DNA of 64,000 nt from Desulfobacterales bacterium (GTDB lineage: Bacteria; Desulfobacterota; Desulfobacteria; Desulfobacterales; G963662235). Location of the stretch: assembly GCA_963662235.1 (NCBI GenBank), contig OY759308.1, positions 2,043,545 through 2,107,544 on the forward strand, in the 5' to 3' direction. Each line of letters opens with the position of its first letter. Position 1 is the first letter of the stretch. Positions 1 to 9,800 of this stretch are shown in pieces. The translations under genes and the position numbers were made by a program. Below the pieces are notes generated by a model. It worked only from the letters and a program-made list of their open reading frames with translations, was not told the DNA's origin and ran no database searches.

Positions 1-3000
1 AAGGAGGTTCTCCAAAAAATGCATTTATTGTACTATCACTATAAAATACTTCTTGTGTACCTGTGCTATCTGGCACACCTGTAATTTGAAGTTTTGGATA
101 AATTATAATTGTAAATGGAGTAGTAGTAGCAATCGCATTATTAACATCTTTTGCTTTTATTATAATATTAGTGATTGTGCTATCTTCTAAAGGTGTTCCT
201 GATATTACGCCTGTTTGAGTGTTTAAGGTAAGACCACTATTGAGTGCTACATTCCCTACAAAATAGGTATAAGGGGGCTCGCCAAAAAATGCACTTATTG
301 TAGTGTCACTATAAAAAGCTGATACTGTTCCGGTACTATCAACACTACCTGTAATCTGAAGCTTTGGATAAATTATAATTGTAAATGGAGTAGTGCCAGC
401 TACTGCATTATTAATATCTTTTGCTTTTATTACTATATTAGTTACCGTATCTGCTAAGAGAGGTGTTCCTGATATTAAGCCTGTTTGAGTGTTTAAGGTA
501 AGTCCGCTATTTAACGCTACCTCTCCTACAAAATATGTATAAGGAGGCTCACCAAAAAATGCATTTATTGTGTCGTCACTATAAAAAGCATCAACTGTTC
601 CTGTACTATCTACATTACCTGTAATCTGAATCTTAGGATATATAATAATTGTAAATGGAGTAGTGCCAGCTACCGCATTATTAACATCTTTTACTTTTAT
701 TATTATATTAGTGATTGTGCCATCTAATAAAGGCGTGCCTGATATTACACCTGTTTGAGTGTTTAATGTAAGACCACTATTTAGTGCAATCTCCCCTACA
801 AAATATGTATAAGGTCTTTCGCCAAAAAATGCATTTATTGTACTATCACTATAAAAAACTTCTTGTGTACCTGTGCTATCTACATTTCCTGTAATTTGAA
901 GCTTGGGATAAATTATAATAGTAAATGGAGTTGTACCATCTACCGCATTATTAACATCTTTTGCTTTTATTATGATATTAGTGACTGTACTGTTCTGTAA
1001 AGGTGTACCTGATATTACGCCTGTTTGAGTGTTTAAGGTAAGGCCACTATTTAAATCTACATCCCCTACAAAATAGGTATAAGGGGGCTCACCAAAAAAT
1101 GCATTTATTGTAGTGTCACTATAAAAAGCTGAAACTGTTCCTGTACTATCTACACTACCTGTAATTTTAAGCTTTGGATAAATTACAATTGTAAATGGAG
1201 TGGTGATAGCTTCCGCATTATTAACATCTTTTACTTTTATTATAATATTAGTGATTGTGCTATTCTTTAAAGGCGTACCTGATATTAAACCAGTTTGAGT
1301 ATTTAATGTAAGACCGCTATTTAACACTACCCCCCATACAAAATAGGTATAAGGGGGCTCTCCAAAAAATGCGTTTATTGTAGTGTCACTATAAAAAGCT
1401 GAAACTGTTCCTGTGCTGTCTACATTTCCTGTAATTTGAAGCTTTGGATAAATTATAATTGTAAATGGAGTAGTCTCAGCTACGCACCTATTAACATCTT
1501 TTGCTTTTATTGTTATATTAGTGATTGTTCCATCTGATAAAGGCGTTCCTGATATTACGCCTGTTTGAGTATTTAATGTAAGACCACTATTTAATGTAAC
1601 CTCCCCTACAAAATATGTATATGGAGACTCGCCAGAAAATGCACTTATTGTGCTATCACTATAAAAAGCCGAAACTGTTCCTGTGCTATCTACATTTCCT
1701 GTAATTTGAAGTTTTGGATAAATTACAATTGTAAATGGAGTGGTGATAGCTTCCGCATTATTAACATCTTTAGCCTTTATTATAATATTAGTGACTGTAC
1801 TATCCTTTAAAGGCGTACCTGATATTAAACCAGTTTGAGAGTTTAAGGTTAGTCCACTATTTAACGCTACTCCCCATACAAAATATGTATAAGGAGGCTC
1901 GCCAAAAAATGCATTTATTGTACTATCACTATAAAAACCATTAACTGTTCCTGTACTATCAGCATTTCCTGTAATTTGAAGCTTTGGATAAATTATAATT
2001 GTAAATGGAGTTGTTTTGGCTGTTGCTCTATTAACATCTTTTACTTTTATTATAATATTAGTGACTGTGCTATTTTTTAAAGGTGTACCTGATATTAAAC
2101 CAGTTTGAGTATTTAATGTAAGACCGCTGTTTAACGCCACTTCCCCTACAAAATATGTATAAGGAGGCTCACCAAAAAATGCGTTTATTGTAGTGTCACT
2201 ATAAAAAGCCGATACTGTTCCTGTGCTATCTACATTACCTGTGATTTCAAGCTTGGGATAAATTATAATTGTAAATGGAGTTGTGTCTGCTACCGCATTA
2301 TTAACATCTTTTGCCTTGATTACGATATTAGTGATTGTGCTATCTTCTAAAGGTGTTCCTGATATTTCACCTGTTTGAGTGTTTAATGTAAGGCCACTAT
2401 TTAAATCTACATCCCCTACAAAATAGGTATAAGGAGGCTCACCAAAAAATGCATTTATTGTAGTGTCACTATAAAAAGCACCAACTGTCCCTGTAGTGTC
2501 AGCATCTCCTGTTATTTCGAGTTTTGGGTAAATGATAATCGTAAATGGAGTTGTACCTACTATTGTATCATTAACATCTTTTGCCTTGATTACGATATTA
2601 GTGATTGTGCTATCTTTTAAAGGTGTTCCTGATATTTCACCTGTTTGAGTGTTTAAGGTTAGTCCACTGTTTAAAGCTATATCCCCTACAAAATATGTGT
2701 AAGGAGCTTCTCCAAAAAATGCTTTTATTGTAGTGTCACTATAAAAAGCTGAAACTGTCCCTGTACTGTCTGGCTGACCTGTAATTTGAAGTTTTGGGTA
2801 AATTATAATTGTAAATGGAGTTGTGCCTGCTGTCGCTCTATTAACATCTTTAACTTTTATTATAATATTAGTGACTGTACCCTCTAATAAAGGTGTACCT
2901 GATATTGCACCTGTTTGAGTGTTTAATGTAAGACCGCTGTTTAAAGCCACATCTCCTACAAAATATGTGTAAGGAGGCTCGCCAAAAAATGCATTTATTG

Positions 3001-6000
3001 TAGTGTCACTATAAAAAGCTTCAACTGTTCCTGTACTGTCTACATTACCTGTAATTTGAAGCTTTGGATAAATTACAATTGTAAATGAAGTAGTGCTAGC
3101 TTCTGCATTATTAACATCTTTTGCTTTTATTATTATATTAGTGACTGTGCTATTCGAGAGAGGCGTTCCTGATATTTCGCCTGTTTGAGTGTTTAATGTA
3201 AGACCGCTGTTTAACGCCACTTCCCCTACAAAATAGGTATAAGGAGGCTCACCAAAAAATGCATTTATTGTTGTGTCACTATAAAAAGCCGAAACTGTTC
3301 CTGTGCTATCAACACTGCCTGTAATCTGAAGTTTAGGATAAATTAGAATCGTAAACGGTATACTTTCTGCTATGGCATTATTGACGTCTATCGCCTTTAT
3401 TATTAGATTAGTTACTGTAGAATCTTTTAAAGGTGTGCCAGATATTGCCCCTGTTTGAGTGTTTAATGTTAGTCCGCTATTTAACGCCACATCCCCCATA
3501 GAATATGTGTAAGGAGGCTCGCCAAATAAAGCTTTAATGTTATTATCACTATAAAAAGCTGAAACTGTTCCTGTACTATCAATATTTCCTATGATTTGAA
3601 GCTTTGGATAAATTATAATCGTAAATGGCGTTGTACCCGCTACGCACCTATTAACATCTATAGCTTTTATCACTATATTAGTGATTGTCCCCTCTGATAA
3701 AGGCGTTCCTGATATTAAGCCTGTTTGAGTGTTTAAGGTTAGCCCGCTGTTTAACGCTACATCTCCTACAAAATAGGTGTAAGGTAATTCGCCAGAAAAT
3801 GCATTTATTGTACTATCACTATAAAAAGCCGAAACTGTTCCTGTGCTATCAACACTGCCTGTAATTTCAAGCTTGGGATAAATTATAATAGTAAATGGAG
3901 TGGTCTCTGCTTTTGCATTATTAACATCTTTTGCTTTTATTACGATATTAGTAATTGTTCCATCTAATAAAGGCGTACCTGATATTACGCCTGTTTGAGT
4001 GTTTAATGTAAGACCACTATTTAACGCTACATCCCCTACAAAATATGTATAAGGGGGCTCGCCAAAAAATGCATTTATCGTACTGTCACTATAAAAACCA
4101 TTAACTGTTCCTGTACTGTCAGCATTTCCTGTAATTTGAAGCTTTGGATAAATTATAATCGTAAATGGAGTTGTTTCTGCTGTCGCTCTATTAACATCTT
4201 TTACTTTTATTATAATATTAGTGACTGTGCTATTTTCTGAAGGCGTTCCTGATATTACACCTGTTTGAGTATTTAAGGTTAATCCACTGTTTAAGGCTAC
4301 ACCTTCAATAAAATATGTATAAGGTTTTTCCCCAAAAAATGCATTTATTGTAGTGTCACTATAAAAAGCATCAACTGTTCCTGTACTATCAACACTGCCT
4401 GTAATTTGAAGCTTTGGATAAATTATAATCGTAAATGGCGTTGTACCCGCTACGCACCTATTAACATCTATAGCTTTTATTATAATATTAGTGATTGTTC
4501 CATCTGATAAAGGCGTTCCTGATATTGAGCCTGTTTGAGTGTTTAAGGTTAGCCCGCTGTTTAAAGCTACATCTCCTACAAAATATCTATAAGGTGACTC
4601 GCCAGAAAATGCATTTATTGTACTATCACTATAAAAAGCACCAACTGTTCCTGTGCTATCAACACTGCCTGTAATTTCAAGCTTAGGATAAATTATAATT
4701 GTAAATGGTGTAGTTTCTGCTTTTGCATTATTAACATCTTTTACTTTTATTATAATATTAGTTACTGTGCCTGATAGAAGAGGTGTACCAAACACATCAC
4801 CTGTTTGAGTGTTTAATGTAAGACCGCTGTTTAACGCTACACCTTCAATAAAATATGTATAAGGTGCCTCGCCAAAAAATGCATTTATCGTACTATCACT
4901 ATAAAAACCATTAACTGTTCCTGTACTGTCAGCATTTCCTGTAATTTGAAGCTTTGGATAAATTATAATCGTAAATGGTATAGTCTCTGCTATAGCATTA
5001 TTAACATCTTTTGCTTTTATTATTATATTAGTGATTGTACCATTTGATAAAGGCGTGCCTGATATTTCGCCTGTTTGAGTGTTTAATGTTAGACCGCTAT
5101 TTAAGGCTATATCCCCCATAAAATATGTGTAAGGGGGTTCGCCAAAAAATGCATTTATTGTAGTGTCACTATAAAAAGCTGAAACTGTGCCTGTGCTATC
5201 AACACTTCCTGTAATTTGAAGCTTTGGATAAATTACAATTGTAAATGGAGTAGTCCCCTCTACGCACCTATTAATATCTATAGCTTTTATCACTATATTA
5301 GTGATTGTAGCAGCTGATAGAGGAGTACCTGATATTAAACCTGTTAAAGTGTTTAAGGTTAGCCCGCTGTTTAACGCCACTTCTCCTACAAAATATCTAT
5401 AAGGTGACTCGCCAGAAAATGCGTTTATTGTACTATCACTATAAAAAGCACCAACTGTTCCTGTGCTATCTACACTGCCTGTGATTTCAAGCTTAGGATA
5501 AATTATAATTGTAAATGGTGTAGTTTCTGCTTTTGCATTATTAACATCTTTTACCTTTATTACGATATTAGTGATTGTGCCATTCTTTAAAGGCGTACCT
5601 GATATTACGCCTGTTTGAGTGTTTAATGTTAGACCACTATTTAACGCTACCTCCCCTACAAAATAGGTATAAGGGGGCTCGCCAAAAAATGCATTTATCG
5701 TACTATCACTATAAAAGCCATTAACTGTTCCTGTACTGTCAGCATTTCCTGTAATTTGAAGCTTTGGATAAATTATAATTGTAAATGGGGTTGTTTCTGC
5801 TTTAGCATTATTAACATCTTTTGCTTTGATTATAATATTAGTTACCGTATCTGCTAAGAGAGGCGTGCCTGATATTACGCCTGTTTGAGTGTTTAATGTA
5901 AGTCCACTATTTAACGCCACATTCCCTACAAAATATGTGTAAGGAGGCTCTCCAAAAAATGCGCTTATTGTAGTGTCACTATAAAAAGCATCTTTTGTAC

Positions 6001-6870
6001 CTGTACTATCAACACTTCCTGTAATTTGAAGCTTGGGATAAATTACAATTGTAAATGGCGTTGTGCCCGCTACGCACCTATTAACGTCTATAGCTTTTAT
6101 TATAATATTAGTGATTGTACCGTCCTGTGAAGGCGTACCTGTAATATCACCTGTTTGAGTGTTTAAGGTTAGTCCACTATGTAATGAAACAACATCTCCT
6201 ACAAAATATCTATAAGGTAACTCACCAGAAAATGCTTTTATTGTAGTGTCACTATAAAAAGCACCCTCTGTCCCTGTGCTATCAACACTGCCTGTGATTT
6301 GAAGCTTTGGATAAATTATAATTGTAAACGGTATACTTTCTGCTGTAGCATTATTAACATCTTTTACTTTTATTACTATATCAGTTACTGTACCTGCTAA
6401 ACGAGGTGTGCCTGATATTTTTCCTGTTGAAGTGTTTAATGTAAGACCGCTATTTAAGGCTCCCCCTCCCATAGAATATGTATAGGGACCTTCCCCGCCA
6501 ATAGCTTGAAGATTGCCATCACTATCACTATAGAAACCGTCAACTGTTCCCGTGCTGTCAGCACTTCCTGTAATTTGAAGCTTTGGGAAAATAATAATTG
6601 TAAATGGATTAGTCTCAGCTATCGCACCATTAACATCTTTTGCTTTTATTTTGATATCAGTGAATGTACCATCCTGTGAAGGCGTACCTGTAATCTTGCC
6701 TGTTGCAGGGTCTAATTTTAACCCGATAGGCAGTGGCACATCCCCTACAAAATATGCATAAGGAGACTCACCATCAAAAGCTTGAATAGTGCTGTCACTA
6801 TAAAAACCGTAAACTGTACTTCTATTATATGGCGACCCTGTAATTTGAAGTTTTGGATAAATTATTAATG
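1..6870 (-). repeat. Tandem array of 270-bp (90-codon) coding repeats inside the giant CDS
   Basis: The marker gtaaa(t/c)gg recurs at 111, 381, 651 ... 6051 (23 anchors, exactly 270 bp apart), then at 6324 (+273), 6600 (+276) and 6870 (+270). All offsets are multiples of 3. Confidence 0.95.
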
Positions 6871-9800
6871 TAAAAGGAGCTGATGAGATTGTTCTGCCAT
6901 TTTGATCAGTAATAGAGATAACAATATTGCTCACTGTACCATAAGTTGTAGGCGTACCAAAAACAGAACCAGCACTTAATCCAGCAGGTAAATTTTTGTT
7001 ACTAAATACATATGGAGTCTTACCTCCTGAAAAATTAGGGGAACTATTACTATAATAAGCACCTTGTGTTAACGTATTATCAGAATCGGCAGGAACTCCA
7101 CTAACTTTAAGCTTGGCATATATCGTCATTTTATATGCTGGAAGTTCTGCACTCCTATTTGATTGGTCTGTAGCTTTTATAATAATATCATCTGATGTTC
7201 CAGCTATACCTTCTTTAATAGTGCCCGATATTATACCTGTAGTGCTATTAATAACTAAATTTTTTGGTAAAGTACTGTTCTTATCAGAGTATGTAAAACT
7301 ATTACTACTATCCTCTGTAGCAAAACCTGTAGCCTTAATACCACTATAACTAAGTGAATCGCCCTCATAAGCTTCAAGAGGCGGAGAACCTGTAATACTT
7401 AGTTGATACACCTTAATGCTAATCGCAGAAGTAAGCTTATAATTACCCGCACTATCTACCACTTTAAATATTATACTATTAAATTCACCTTGTTTTTTGA
7501 GAGTTCCAGCAACCTGACCATTTGAATCTAAAGATAAACCTGTAGGCAAAATACCACTATACAATGAAAAAGTGTATGGAGATGTTCCGCCAGTAGCTAT
7601 TATGTTAAAAGTAGAATAAGTATATCCTACATAACCATACGCAGTGGCAGAAGGATTAAAAGAAACAGACAGTGCTGTAGTAGTAGTAGTCGAAGTAGAA
7701 GAACTACCATTCCCACTACTGGTAGTAGTAGCAGTTGTATCGGTTGAAGTAATAGCATCATCTTGAGATGTGCCTCCTAACCCATCAACTACAACAACAT
7801 CGTCACTATAGACATTATCATCTGGTATGATTATATAATTATCTTCTGCCCCTCCCTTAGCACCAACTTCAGTCACTTGTGGTGCTGATGTCGGACTTGC
7901 AGAAGGGGTACTCTCTTTAGTTTCAGGTTTTTTAGTAACATCATAAAAAGAGGTAGAAACTAACTCTTTACCAACACTATTTTTGCCTTTTACAGCTTTA
8001 ATTCTGATTAAAACATTCCCTTCAAACTCATCGGGAACACTAATTTTAAAACTATTACATCTACTCCAGCTAACACCACCATCTAAACTTTTCTCATATA
8101 GAGTAATATTTTTAAAACCATCTACAGGAGCAAATCTTAAATATCTTCCAGCTTCATTATGCTCTATCTCAATTGGAGCCAAAATGGCTTTGGTAAAAGG
8201 GTTGCTTTCAGTAATAGTCCCTTCGCCATTTGTATTCCTTATTGCACGTTTAACTAAAAAAACAGTGCCATCAATATTGCCAGCATCTATCGTATAGTTA
8301 CCCGTATCTTTCCAACTATTACCTTTATCAAGACTATATTTATAAAAATAGGGAGAATCACTTTTTGAAAGCGGTGCAAAAACAAGAGTATTTGTTTCAT
8401 CATCGACACTAACTATCTCTGGTCCATCAGGTTTATTAAGAAAAAGAGAAGATTTTGAAATAAGACCGTTTGTGTTTTTATCTTTCTTTGCTTTAACACG
8501 AATCTCAACAAAACGCGTATAATTACCAACATTTATCTTGTTGCTGGTAGCATCTTGCCAAGTTTTGTCATTACTAAACCTATATTGATATGATGCAGCG
8601 TCAGGATAATTCTTTAAAAATTTAAACTCTAATATATCCTTTTCATCATCCTCTTTTAAAATTTCTACGGTTTCAGGACAATCAAGACTGCTTTTCCGTA
8701 CTTCTACAGAAACAATATCAAAACTGCTTCTCTTTAAATTATCTAAAGCACTAACTTTAAAAACTAAACGTTTACTACTATTAAATTTTGGGGCTATAAA
8801 TGAACAAGATAGATTATTGCTTTCTTCTGAATTTAGCTCTACCAAATCGTCAGGGTCATCAAAGACTTGACTCCATATTGTCTGCACACTCTCTCCAGAA
8901 TTTAATCCTTTTTTATGTACAGCTTTTAGAACGACTTTAACGTCACTCTCTATCCCTGTTAAATTCTCTCCTGCACTTATATAATTATAATTAGTTACAT
9001 TTTTTAAACTTATAGAAGAGGGGTCGTCCTTTTTACTTTTCTTCTTATCTTCTTTTTTGTTTTTTTTGTTCTTCTCTTCCTTTTTCTTAGCATTATCAGA
9101 TAGTAACGACACATTATTAACATTAAGACCGCTCTTATTCCTTTTGTCATTTAAAACTCTATAAATAGACCTTGCAAGTTCTTGCTTAAGAATAAAATCG
9201 GTAATAATGGCTTTTTTGCCATCACGTTCAATGGATTTCATCAAAGTGTTAAAAAAATCTATTATGCAACTGCTTAAACTCTGTTTACCGTCATTTTGAT
9301 TAAGTGCATAGTCAGAAAAAGCATAAAGTAATACTCCATACTCTTTATTGCTATTTTTTGTGCTTTTTAAAGAAGGACTAAAAGGGTCATAAGGAATAGC
9401 GCTTACAACATTAAAACTTTCATCACTTGAAAACGCACTGGAAAAAAGAGTTACAGTCTCTTCTATGTTTTTTTGTCTAAACCCTCTTTCCATTGCAATA
9501 AGCTTTTGCACCACCAATTCAGTTAATGGCGTAACAGCTACAGAATCACCAGAAACAATGTTTGAAACAACTGAACGCAAAGAAAAATCAGCAGGTAAAA
9601 AATACTTCACACCTGATACAGCATCTACAATTCCATCAGGAAAAGTCGCTTCAATTAAAAATGGCTTGTTTGCATATTCAGGCGGCAAAGAAAGGAAAAA
9701 ACCTCCTTTCTTGTCTGTCATGGTTGTGGCATCCTCTTTTGTATCATATAAGAGCTTACCATCTCTTATGCCACGTATAGTAATGTTGGCGAGGTTGCCT

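Noticed and set aside
1-6870. Could the regular repeats be a CRISPR array or a non-coding satellite?
   Set aside because: The 270-bp units have no repeat/spacer alternation, keep one open reading phase, and translate to a recognisable Ig-like domain consensus. The 32-34 bp array at 57925-58092 also lacks unique spacers.
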